From: Archangium sp.
GTDB lineage: Bacteria > Myxococcota > Myxococcia > Myxococcales > Myxococcaceae
Assembly (NCBI RefSeq): GCF_035633935.1
Contig: NZ_DASQDY010000434.1
Coordinates: 1,007-65,006 of the forward strand
Reading direction: 5' to 3'
DNA: 64,000 nucleotides
The notes below the pieces were generated by a model that searched no databases, was not told the origin of the DNA, and saw only the letters and a list, made by a program, of their open reading frames with translations. Position 1 is the stretch's first letter, and each line of letters starts with the position of its first letter. Positions 37,655 to 47,978 of this stretch are shown here, piece by piece. The translations under genes and the position numbers were made by a program.

Positions 37655-38623
37655 TCAGGCCGGTGCATGCAGCCCGGGATCGGGCTCCACGCCCAGCCAG
37701 GTGAAGTCCGGCATGTGCTCGTGCAGGTACTCGCGCATGCTCGCGATCAGCCCCGCCTCCACCTGGCGCGCCCGCTCGCGGCTGACCCGGAAGTGCTTCC
37801 CGATGGTCTGCAGCGTCTCGGGTTCCTCGGCCAGCAGCCGGTGCTCCAGGATGTAGCGCTCGCGCTCGTCGTGCAGCGCGTGGGCGAAGTCGTGGACCTT
37901 CTCCTGGAACCAGCGCGTGAGCTCCCGCCGTCCGAGCTCCTCATCCACGGCCGGTCCGCCCGAGGGCAGTGCGCGGCTCGGGGCGGGGCGGCCCTTCTCG
38001 TCATCGGGGGCGGCCGCGTCGAGCCGCACATCGTCCTGGCGCAGCCGCTGATCCATCTCGACGACGTCTTCCTCGGGGACGCCCAGACGCGCGGCCAGCA
38101 GCCCGGGGGTCGCCTCCTGGCCCGAGGCGAGCAGGCGGCCCTCTTCCTCCCTCATCCGGAAGAACAGCTTGCGCTGCACGTCCGTGGTCCCCAGCTTCAC
38201 CAGCCGCCAGTTCTCGATGATGAAGCGCAGCAGGTAGGCGCGGATCCACCAGGCCGCGTAGGTGTACAGCCGTACGCCGCGCTCCGGCTCGAAGCGCTCC
38301 ACGGCGATGACCAGGCCCAGGTTGCCCTCCTGGATGAGGTCCATCAGGAGGAGGGGAGAGCGGTGGTGCTCGCGTGCCAGCTTCACCACCAGCCGCAGGT
38401 TCGAGGCCACCAGCCGGGCGCGGGCCTTCAGGTCGCCGTGTTCCCGGAAGCGCCGGGCGAGCGCTGCCTCCTCCTCCCGGGACAGGAGGGGGTGCCGCCT
38501 CACTTCCTCCATCCACGTGTCGAGCAGCGCGCGATCGCCGGGCGTCAGCTCCCCGCGATGGGAGCGGCGATGCCTCGGAGGCCGCGCCAGTCGGGCGGGG
38601 CGGAAGTGGGGGACCGGAAGCAT
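37655..38623 (-). CDS. RpoH/sigma-32-family RNA polymerase sigma factor (paralog)
   Basis: SNLRLVV, DLIQEGNLGL, YAAWWIRA, QRKLFF RpoH box, SRERARQVE. Start uncertain (38623 or 38512). Confidence 0.88.
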   Translation of the reverse strand: MLPVPHFRPARLARPPRHRRSHRGELTPGDRALLDTWMEEVRRHPLLSREEEAALARRFREHGDLKARARLVASNLRLVVKLAREHHRSPLLLMDLIQEGNLGLVIAVERFEPERGVRLYTYAAWWIRAYLLRFIIENWRLVKLGTTDVQRKLFFRMREEEGRLLASGQEATPGLLAARLGVPEEDVVEMDQRLRQDDVRLDAAAPDDEKGRPAPSRALPSGGPAVDEELGRRELTRWFQEKVHDFAHALHDERERYILEHRLLAEEPETLQTIGKHFRVSRERARQVEAGLIASMREYLHEHMPDFTWLGVEPDPGLHAPA

Positions 38624-38827
38624 TCGGATACCTCTCGACGGCTCATGCTCGATCTGCGGCCGCCGCCGCCGTGATGCAGCAAGCGTGCGAGGTGGTGTCC
38701 GTCCGGCGAGGCGCCCGGCCGCCCGCGGGTCCTGCATGCGTGCGTGCGGCGGGGCATGGAAGGTGCGGAAGCCTCCTCCTACTGAGAGGTGCCCCTTTCG
38801 CCATGGAGTCCATACTAAAGAGAGCTC

Positions 38828-39523
38828 ATGAGTGGTCGCCTGGTCTTTCCGGATATCCCCCATGAGCGCCCGGCGTACTCGCCGTGGCTGGACCCGCTGT
38901 GCAAGGTGGCGAACGGTGTCGTCTATGGGCTGACCCGCGCTCTGGGGGGCTGGACACGATTCGACTGGCACCCCTCTCTTGCCACCCGCCTGCATGACGA
39001 GCGATGCCACGCCCGCCCCGTGCTGCTGATCGCCTGGCACCGCTTCAACTTTGTGCTCGCGGCGGCGCTCCTGCAGGTGCCCTCGGAACTGAGGCCCAGC
39101 CTGCTGATGCATGACGGGCTTGCCTCCCGCGCCTTGACCCATGAGTCGAGCGTCTGGGGGGGCTTCGAGGTCTTCGCCTATCGCCGTCGCGCCGCCACTC
39201 CCCCCCGCGTCCAGATCCTCGAGTACTTGCGGTCGAGCCATCGCAACCTCTTGATGCTGCCCGACGCGGGAGGACCCTACGGCAAAGTGAAGCCGGGAGT
39301 CGTGGAGATCGCGCGAGCCACAGAGGCCCTGGTGCTCCCCCTTTCGGTGCGGGTGGACCGTGCCTGGCGGCTGGGCTCCACACTGAGCCACGTCTTGCCC
39401 AGGCCTGGTGCCCAGGCTCGGATCCTCGTGGGAGAGCTGCTGGAGGGCACGGCGCTGCGTGTCGAGGACTGCCAGGAGGCGCTCGATCGTCTCGAGAGCC
39501 CAGCTCCTGAGAGGGCCCCTTGA
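38828..39523 (+). CDS. DUF374/lysophospholipid acyltransferase-like protein
   Basis: LLIAWH, LMLPDAGGPYGKVKPGVVEIARAT, LPRPG pattern, divergent from the usual DGPRGP. Confidence 0.6.
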   Translation: MSGRLVFPDIPHERPAYSPWLDPLCKVANGVVYGLTRALGGWTRFDWHPSLATRLHDERCHARPVLLIAWHRFNFVLAAALLQVPSELRPSLLMHDGLASRALTHESSVWGGFEVFAYRRRAATPPRVQILEYLRSSHRNLLMLPDAGGPYGKVKPGVVEIARATEALVLPLSVRVDRAWRLGSTLSHVLPRPGAQARILVGELLEGTALRVEDCQEALDRLESPAPERAP

Positions 39524-39546
39524 GCGAGCCGGAGTTGCGAACCTGG

Positions 39547-41022
<1,476 letters not shown>

Positions 41023-41111
41023 GGCGAAGCACCTTGGGGCGGGGGCCCGTGTGGCCACCCGGGTGCATCCTACACGCTCCGGGACGAGCGCGAATGCCGC
41101 ACCGCGGGCAC

Positions 41112-43451
41112 TCAAGCCATGGGCAGGGTGAAGAGAAACGTCGTTCCCTTGCCCACGGTGCTCTCGACCTGGATGTTGCCCCCGTGCGCCTCGATGAGGC
41201 CCTTGGTGATGGCGAGGCCCAGCCCCGCGCCCGCCTTGCTGGCATGACTCGCCTGCCAGAAGCGATCGAAGATGTAGGGGAGGCTTTCGGGCTCGATGCC
41301 CCGTCCGGTGTCCGAGACGCGGAAGCGGACGTGGTCCCCGGCCGCCTCCGCCCGCAGGCGGATGTGGCCCCCGGGCGGCGTGAACTTGATGGCGTTGTCC
41401 ACGAGGTTCTGGAAGACCCGCAGCACCCGCGCCGGGTCGGCGAGCACGGGTGGCAGGCCGGGCTCGTGTTCCACCTCGAGGTGGAGGGACCTGGCCGCGG
41501 CGAGCGGTGCGTTCGCGTCCCTCACTCGCGAGAGGAGGTGGGGAACCTCCAGCTCCTCGAGGTCCAGCGACAGGCGCCCCTCCTCCAGCCGGTTCACGGA
41601 CAGCAGCTCCTCGAGGAGCCGGCTCATGTCGGCCACCGTCTGACGGATCTTCCGCAGGTGCTCACGGGCCCGCTGGCCGGCCTCCCCCGCGGGCAGCAGG
41701 TACAGCTCGGTGGTGCCGCAGAGGATGTTGATGGTGCAGAGGGGGGTGACCAGATCATGGGAGACGATGCCGAGCGTCTCGTCTCGCAGGGCAATGGCCC
41801 GCCGCGCGGTGCGGTACAGGCGCGTGTTCTCAAGGGCCAGGGCCGTCCGGCGCGCGAGCTCCCGGGCCAGGGCGGCGTCCTCGGCCCCGTAGTGCCGGCC
41901 CGGCGAGAGGCGCAGCAGGACGAGCACTCCCTGTGTCCGCTCGTGCGCCCGCAGCGGGACGGCCAGGAGGCGCGCACCGTTCAGGAGCACCGCCTCGCCC
42001 GTGTGGCGCGCCTGCTCCACGGCGTCTCCCACCGGGCCGGCCAGGGACGGAGGCCGCTCGAGCACTTCGCGCAGGGACACCTCCAACTCCCGCCCGGCCG
42101 CCGCCACCGCCAGCACGCGCTCCTCCGGGGTGCCGTCTCCGACGAGGGCGCACCCGTCCGCGAGCGTCGGCACCAGGAGCCGGGTGACGGCCTGGAGGGT
42201 GTCCGCATCCTCCAGGGAGCGTACCAGGGCCGTGCTCACCTCCGTGAGGAAGCGCAGCCGCTCCTCGGCCCGCCGCTGCTCGGTGCTGTCTCGGAAGTAG
42301 ATGGAGATTCCCTCCGGGGAGGGGTACGCCACCAGACGCAGCCACCGGTCCGGCATGGTGATGGAGGGGACCTCGGCCTCGCACGGCACCTGGGTGTCCA
42401 CCGCCCGGTGGAGCAGCGCCTGGATCTCGGAGCCCTCGGTCCCGGGGATGGCGTCCGTCATGCTCCGGCCGAGCAACTCCTCCCGCTTCCGGTTGAACCA
42501 GGCCTCCGCATGCCGGTTCACATAGGTGAAGCGCCACTGCCGGTCGACGGCGACGAAGCCATCGGTGATGCGCTCGAGCACCGCGTGGAGGTGGGCCCGG
42601 GCCGTCTCCGCCTCGCCCCGCGCGGCCTCCTCCCGGGCCAGCCGCCGGTGGGCCTTCTCGGCCTTCCTTCGTGCGGTGATGTCCTCGTGGGCCACTACCA
42701 CTTGCAGAGGGCCCGGCCCCGCGAAACGGGTGACGCGCATCAGGAACCAACGCCGCTCGGTGGCGCCGTGGTTGGGGTACTCCAGCTCGAAGTGTTCCTG
42801 GCGTCCGGCGAGGACGTCGCGAATGCCTCGGGCGACGGCGCGGGCGTATTCCTCACCCGCGTGGGCGGCCGCGTCGGTCATGGCCAGGTAGTTGGCTCCC
42901 ACGCCGCAAGCGCCGGCGGCGAAACGCTGCCACGCCGCGTTGACGGAGACGATGCGGCCGGAGCCGTCGAGCACGGCGACGTGGGCCGATAGCGAGTCCA
43001 GCACGGAGCTCAGGAAATGCTCCGACCCGCGCACTACCTGCCCGGCGCGCCGCCACTCCTGGAGGGGCCGGAAGAAGACGGAGAGCCCCTGCGCCGAGGG
43101 GTAGGCGCGCACCTCGAACCAGGTGTCGAATGGAGGGGAGTACTCCGCGAAGCAGACAGTGACCTGCTCGGCGAGGGCCCGGTGGAGCTGGTGATGGAAT
43201 TCGCAGCCGGCCGTTTCGGGGAACTCCTCCCAGAGGTTACGGCCGAGCAGCTCCGTGCGCGCGCGCCGCATCAGCCGCTCGGCCTGCTCGTTGACGTAGG
43301 TGATGTGCCAGTCCCGGTCGAGCACGAAGACGGCATCCGTGAGGTCCCCCAGCACGAAGGGGGCCGCCTCTTGTTGTTGCTGGCGCGGGTAGGGCGGGGC
43401 GTCCGACGGGCCCGGTGCCATCCACCGCGGCATGAATGAATCCATGGGCAT
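41112..43451 (-). CDS. Multi-PAS/GAF sensor histidine kinase (soluble)
   Basis: Three PAS-like repeats, GAF, VSHDLVTPL, NLVDNAIKF, DTGRG, GAGLGL. Start uncertain. Confidence 0.9.
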   Translation of the reverse strand: MPMDSFMPRWMAPGPSDAPPYPRQQQQEAAPFVLGDLTDAVFVLDRDWHITYVNEQAERLMRRARTELLGRNLWEEFPETAGCEFHHQLHRALAEQVTVCFAEYSPPFDTWFEVRAYPSAQGLSVFFRPLQEWRRAGQVVRGSEHFLSSVLDSLSAHVAVLDGSGRIVSVNAAWQRFAAGACGVGANYLAMTDAAAHAGEEYARAVARGIRDVLAGRQEHFELEYPNHGATERRWFLMRVTRFAGPGPLQVVVAHEDITARRKAEKAHRRLAREEAARGEAETARAHLHAVLERITDGFVAVDRQWRFTYVNRHAEAWFNRKREELLGRSMTDAIPGTEGSEIQALLHRAVDTQVPCEAEVPSITMPDRWLRLVAYPSPEGISIYFRDSTEQRRAEERLRFLTEVSTALVRSLEDADTLQAVTRLLVPTLADGCALVGDGTPEERVLAVAAAGRELEVSLREVLERPPSLAGPVGDAVEQARHTGEAVLLNGARLLAVPLRAHERTQGVLVLLRLSPGRHYGAEDAALARELARRTALALENTRLYRTARRAIALRDETLGIVSHDLVTPLCTINILCGTTELYLLPAGEAGQRAREHLRKIRQTVADMSRLLEELLSVNRLEEGRLSLDLEELEVPHLLSRVRDANAPLAAARSLHLEVEHEPGLPPVLADPARVLRVFQNLVDNAIKFTPPGGHIRLRAEAAGDHVRFRVSDTGRGIEPESLPYIFDRFWQASHASKAGAGLGLAITKGLIEAHGGNIQVESTVGKGTTFLFTLPMA

Positions 43452-43675
43452 CCCCCCCGAGAAAAGGCGAAGTGAATCTACACGCCTGTCCTGGAAGCCC
43501 TATCGTACCCGGGTCTGGGCCCGGCTGTTCCGCTGTCCGGAATCCACCGATCGTGTGTGACTGGAGGCGGAGGCGGTTCCATCCGCTCCCGGGTAGGGTG
43601 GCAGGCGGCGGCGCCTCGCTGTGTGAAGTGGCCGGTTGCGTGGTCGATGCCAGATGCCAACGTGTATGAGTACCA

Positions 43676-45784
43676 ATGGCCATCAGCCTGCCAGACTTTC
43701 TCGATGCGAACCGCGATGCGCTCGTGGAGTGCTGGATTCGGCGCGCGGAGGAGGCCGTCGCTCCTCGCGAAGTGTCGAGAGAGGACTTGATCGACAGCCT
43801 GCCCCTGTTGCTGAAGGAAATCGTGGAAGTCCTTCGGCACGAGGCGGAGCTACCCGGAGGCTCCCGGCTTCCGTGCGACAGCAAGGTGGCTGGGGAGCAC
43901 GGCAAGCAGCGGTTGCGCTTGGGGTTCGACATGGTGGTCGTCATCCAGGAGTACGCGATCTTGCGCGACTGCCTGCTCGAGGCCCTGGAGGAAGCTGGCT
44001 TCGAGCTGACGGCACGGCTCGTGCGCCTGCTCTCCCAATGCATCGACATGGGCACGACCGAGGCCGTCTCTCAGTACCTCAAGGAGGGACAACGGCTGGA
44101 GCAGCGGGAGCGGGGAGCGCGGGTCGACGCGCAGGCCAGGCAGGCCTTCGCGGAGAGCGAGCTCGCGGACGTGCGGCGGGCGGAGGCCGCCCTGCGGGTG
44201 AGCGAGGAGCGCTTCCGGCTGATGGTGGAGAGCGTGCAGGACTACGGCGTCTTCATGGTATCGCTTGAGGGGGTGGTCGAGGGGTGGAACACCGGTGCCG
44301 AGCGGCTCAAGGGCTACCGGGCCGAGGAGATCATCGGCTCGCCCATTTCCCTCTTCTTCCCTCGCCAGGAGGTGGAGGCGGGAACACCGGAGCGGCTCGT
44401 GCGAGAGGCCGTGCTGGAGGGAAAGTCCAATTACGAGGGGTGGCTCGTTCGCAAGAGTGGGGAGACCTTCTGGGGCACCGTCGCGCTCGGCGCGGTGAGA
44501 GATGAGGAAGGGCACCTGAGGGGGATCTCCAACGTCGCGAGGGACCTCACCGAGCGCAAGCGGATAGAGCAGGCGCAGGCCTTCCTTTCCCAGGTGGGGG
44601 AAGTGCTCGCCGGCTCACTCGACTATCAGACGACCCTCCAGGAAGTCGCCCGCCTGGCAACACAAGGACTGGGCGATGGGTGCATGGTGCACGTGGTGGA
44701 GGGAGACACGCTCCGGCCGAGGTCCGTGGCCTATGCCGATGCGGACAAGGAGCGGCTGGCACGGACGGCCGCGCGCGGCGTACCGTCCGTCCCCCGGGTT
44801 CCGCATGGGGTGGCCCACGTGGTGAGCACCGGGCAGGCCGAGCTTTGCCCGGATGTCTCCGAGAGCGCCTGGGCTGGGGAAGCCCTTGGCGTGGAGCCCG
44901 CGCAAGTCCTCCAGGAGCTCGGGGTGCACTCGTGCATGTGCGTGCCCTTGAAGGTCCGGGGAAAGACCTTTGGGGCCATGACGTTCATCTCGACCGCTTC
45001 GAACAGGCGCTATGGCCTCGCCGACCTGAGCCTGGCCGAGGAGCTTGCCCGCCGCGCCGCCCTCGCGCTGGACAACGCACGGCTCTACGGCGAGGTGCTC
45101 GAGCGGGCGGAGTTCGAGCAGCACCTGGCTGGCATCGTCAGCCATGACCTGAGTACTCCCATCCAGGCCATCAGCATGAGTGCCGAGTTGCTTCTCCGGG
45201 AGAAGGATCTGAACGAGCAGCAGTTCAAGAAGCTCCACCGCATCCGCGCCTCGGTCGAGCGCACCAAGCGGATGACCCACGATCTGCTCGACTTCACCAA
45301 GGCGCGGCTGGGTGGTGGGCTCCAGGTCCACCCCCAGCCGTTGGACCTCCATGTCTTCACCCGGCAGGTGGTGGACGAGCTGGCGACAGCCCACCCGGAG
45401 CGGCAGGTGGAGATGGCGCACTCAGGTGACGCGAGGGGAGATTGGGACCCGGACCGCATGGCTCAAGTGATCACCAACCTCGTGAACAACGCGCTCAGGT
45501 ACAGCCCCTCCAACTCGCCCGTCCGCGTCGAGACCCGGGGCGAGGACGAGGCCGTACTTCTCCGGGTCCACAACGGCGGGGCACCCATTCCTCCGCGGTC
45601 TCTTTCGCGCATTTTCGAGCCGCTGGAGCGCGGTGCGCAGCCTGGCAACGAAGGCCACGGCATCGGCCTGGGACTCTTCATCGTGGGCCATATCGTGCGC
45701 GCCCACGGAGGCTCGGTGGAGGTGCACTCCACGCAGGAGGAGGGCACGACCTTCACCGTGCGGCTCCCGCGGCCCGCGTCATGA
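43676..45784 (+). CDS. RsbRD-N/PAS/GAF sensor histidine kinase (soluble)
   Basis: N-terminal LPDFLDANRDALVECW...HGKQRLRLGFD; PAS; GAF; VSHDLSTPI; NLVNNALRY; GIGLGL. Confidence 0.88.
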   Translation: MAISLPDFLDANRDALVECWIRRAEEAVAPREVSREDLIDSLPLLLKEIVEVLRHEAELPGGSRLPCDSKVAGEHGKQRLRLGFDMVVVIQEYAILRDCLLEALEEAGFELTARLVRLLSQCIDMGTTEAVSQYLKEGQRLEQRERGARVDAQARQAFAESELADVRRAEAALRVSEERFRLMVESVQDYGVFMVSLEGVVEGWNTGAERLKGYRAEEIIGSPISLFFPRQEVEAGTPERLVREAVLEGKSNYEGWLVRKSGETFWGTVALGAVRDEEGHLRGISNVARDLTERKRIEQAQAFLSQVGEVLAGSLDYQTTLQEVARLATQGLGDGCMVHVVEGDTLRPRSVAYADADKERLARTAARGVPSVPRVPHGVAHVVSTGQAELCPDVSESAWAGEALGVEPAQVLQELGVHSCMCVPLKVRGKTFGAMTFISTASNRRYGLADLSLAEELARRAALALDNARLYGEVLERAEFEQHLAGIVSHDLSTPIQAISMSAELLLREKDLNEQQFKKLHRIRASVERTKRMTHDLLDFTKARLGGGLQVHPQPLDLHVFTRQVVDELATAHPERQVEMAHSGDARGDWDPDRMAQVITNLVNNALRYSPSNSPVRVETRGEDEAVLLRVHNGGAPIPPRSLSRIFEPLERGAQPGNEGHGIGLGLFIVGHIVRAHGGSVEVHSTQEEGTTFTVRLPRPAS

Positions 45785-46321
45785 CCGCCACGGCCACCGG
45801 CACCACGTCCCTCGGCCCGTCCATTTGATAGAAGAGGAGCCCGTCAGGTGCCGCGACGAGGGCGTTCGTGAGGAAGAAACAGCCAGCCAGGAAGAGGCGG
45901 GTGAAGCCCAGGTGGGCGCCGAGCGCGTCCGCGACATCGTGCGGGACCTCGGCACCTTCTCCCACCCCGAGGCGCGCCCCGTGGGCCCCCTCGACGTGAT
46001 GGAGGTGCTCGAGGGAGGGGCACGGGGCTCGGCCTGTCCATCAGCCACGGCCTGGTGACGGCGCTCGGCATCATCTTCATGACCGGTGGCGCCTTCGCGC
46101 GGAGCGCCCGCGACTTCCTGGCGCGGGTGCCCAACCCCTGGCTCCTCAAGCCCTTCAAAGTGCGGGAACTCGAGGAGCTGCTCACCGCGCTCCTCCACCA
46201 GCCACGCCGCACCGGCCCGGAAATTCTTTGTCCTATCAAGGACTTCGCGGACCTTGGGGCCCTGATTGCAACCTTCCGATTGGGACAAAAGGCTTTGACT
46301 CCGCGTTCCAGGGCGGGCTAG
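45781..46321 (+). pseudogene. Hybrid histidine kinase relic with several internal deletions
   Basis: ATGA-coupled short start, then GAERVRDIVRDLGTFS, GRGTGLGLSISHGLVTALG (G2 box) and IIFMTGGAF...LLKPF (receiver end), abutting one another. Confidence 0.75.
46255..46270 (+). promoter_or_regulatory. Putative sigma-54 promoter of the crdB/Che3 operon
   Basis: TGGGGCCCTGATTGCA gives GG-N10-GC about 100 bp upstream of crdB; a sigma-54 activator (CrdA) lies nearby. Confidence 0.5.
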
Positions 46322-46371
46322 ACGCTGGCGGGTTGACCCATCCGCTGGACGACATCTTTTTCGGAGGAGAA

Positions 46372-47130
46372 ATGCGTCGGATCTCGATGATTGCGGGGCT
46401 CGCCCTCGCCGTGATGGTGTTGGCCGGCTGCCCGCCGACCTACCCCAACTGCAAGGGCGACGAGACCTGCCAGGAGAAGGGCGAGGTGTGCGTCAATGGC
46501 ACCTGTCAGGAGTGCGCCACCGACGCCAACTGCAAGGAGGGCTTCACCTGCCAGGGCAACAAGTGCGTGCCCAGGGGGCCCGAGTGCTCGCGCGATGAGC
46601 AGTGCACGGGCGGGAAGATCTGCGAGGCCGGCAAGTGCGCCGAGCCGCAGTGCACCTCCAAGGCCCAGTGCCAGGGGGCCCAGGAGTGCCAGAAGGGCCG
46701 CTGCGCGCTGCCGCCGGGCGCCTGCAACTCCAGCACCGATTGCGCCGAGGGCCAGGAGTGCCAGCAGAACAAGTGCGTGGCCGCCGCCGCCCAGAAGGCC
46801 GAGTGCAACTGGGAGCCGCTGCGCTTCGGCTTCAACGAGGCTACCCTCTCGCCCGAGGCCCAGAACCGGCTGGGCGAGCTGGTCCAGTGCCTCAAGGAAG
46901 GGGGCACCGGCCGCATCGAGCTCGCCGGGCATGCGGACGAGCGTGGCACCGAGGAGTACAACCTCCAGCTCTCCCAGCGGCGCGCCGCCTCGGTGAAGAA
47001 GTACCTGGTGGACCTGGGCGTGCCGGCCAACCAGCTCAAGACGGTGGGGTACGGCGAGAACAAGCCGACCGAGCAGGGTGCCACCGAGGACGCCTGGGCG
47101 GCCAACCGTCGCGTCGAGTTCGTGCGCTAG
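46372..47130 (+). CDS. crdB: OmpA/Pal-like peptidoglycan-binding lipoprotein with Cys-rich repeats, probable CrdB
   Basis: GGAGG RBS, VLAGC lipobox, five 4-Cys repeats, GHADERGTEEYNLQLSQRRA, GYGE, NRRVEF. Confidence 0.8.
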   Translation: MRRISMIAGLALAVMVLAGCPPTYPNCKGDETCQEKGEVCVNGTCQECATDANCKEGFTCQGNKCVPRGPECSRDEQCTGGKICEAGKCAEPQCTSKAQCQGAQECQKGRCALPPGACNSSTDCAEGQECQQNKCVAAAAQKAECNWEPLRFGFNEATLSPEAQNRLGELVQCLKEGGTGRIELAGHADERGTEEYNLQLSQRRAASVKKYLVDLGVPANQLKTVGYGENKPTEQGATEDAWAANRRVEFVR

Positions 47131-47157
47131 CCGTCCTTGATGTAGGCTGCGCGCGCA

Positions 47158-47592
47158 ATGCCCTCGACCGAGACCGAGACGCGGCAGTCCTACCTCGTAT
47201 TCGCCTGCGGCAGCAGCTGGTACGCCGTCCCCGCGGAGTGTGCGGCGGAAGTCGTCAGCTTCCCGGAGCTGACGCGGGTGCCCGGTGCCCCCGGGCACCT
47301 GCTGGGAGTCTTCGCCCATCGCGGGGAGGTCATCCCCGTGGTGGACATGAGCCTGCTGGTATCCGGCGAGAGCGAGCCCACCCGCCGCGCCGTGCTGGTG
47401 CGGCTGACGCGTGGCACCCTGGCCCTCACGGCCAGCCGTGTGGCCGGCGTCTCCCAGGTGGACGGCCGCCTGGAGCCGCTGGGCGCCAACGGGGTGCACC
47501 TCCACCTGCGAGGGCCCGCCCGCAGCGCCCAGCGCGACGTGGCGGTCATCGATCCCGAGGGCTTGTTCGATCACCTCAGCCAGGGAGGCTGA
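47158..47592 (+). CDS. cheW: CheW coupling protein
   Basis: YLVF, VPGAPGHLLGVFAHRGEVIPVVD. Confidence 0.9.
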   Translation: MPSTETETRQSYLVFACGSSWYAVPAECAAEVVSFPELTRVPGAPGHLLGVFAHRGEVIPVVDMSLLVSGESEPTRRAVLVRLTRGTLALTASRVAGVSQVDGRLEPLGANGVHLHLRGPARSAQRDVAVIDPEGLFDHLSQGG

Positions 47593-47595
47593 GCC

Positions 47596-47976
47596 ATGGC
47601 CACGGGCAGCCGCAGCATCACGGGCCTGCTCTTGTGCCGGGCGGGCGACCATCGGGTGGCGTTCGCCGCGCATGAGGTGGTCACCATCGAGTCCCCCAGC
47701 ACTTTCGGGGGCCTGGCCGGTTCGGCGTGCCGGGCCTTTGGCGGGGCCGCCGGGGCCGAGCGCATCCTCGTGGCCGCCTCGGGTGAGGCGGTGGGCGTGG
47801 ACGCGCTGGAGATAGACCCCGAGCCGCTCACCCTGTTGCCGGCTCCGGCGCTGCTGGGCCGGGTGGCGGGGGGGAGCCTGCGTGGCTTCGTCCAGGTGCG
47901 TGGCGGGCTGTGGCCCTTGATGTCGCTGGTGGACTTCGGGCGTTTCCTGGCGCCCTCCGCCCGGGAGGCCGCTTGA
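47596..47976 (+). CDS. Degenerate CheW-like protein (probable CrdC)
   Basis: Short CheW-like pattern (LRGFVQVRGGLWPLMSL); position within the Che3-like operon. Confidence 0.65.
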   Translation: MATGSRSITGLLLCRAGDHRVAFAAHEVVTIESPSTFGGLAGSACRAFGGAAGAERILVAASGEAVGVDALEIDPEPLTLLPAPALLGRVAGGSLRGFVQVRGGLWPLMSLVDFGRFLAPSAREAA

Positions 47977-47978
47977 GC

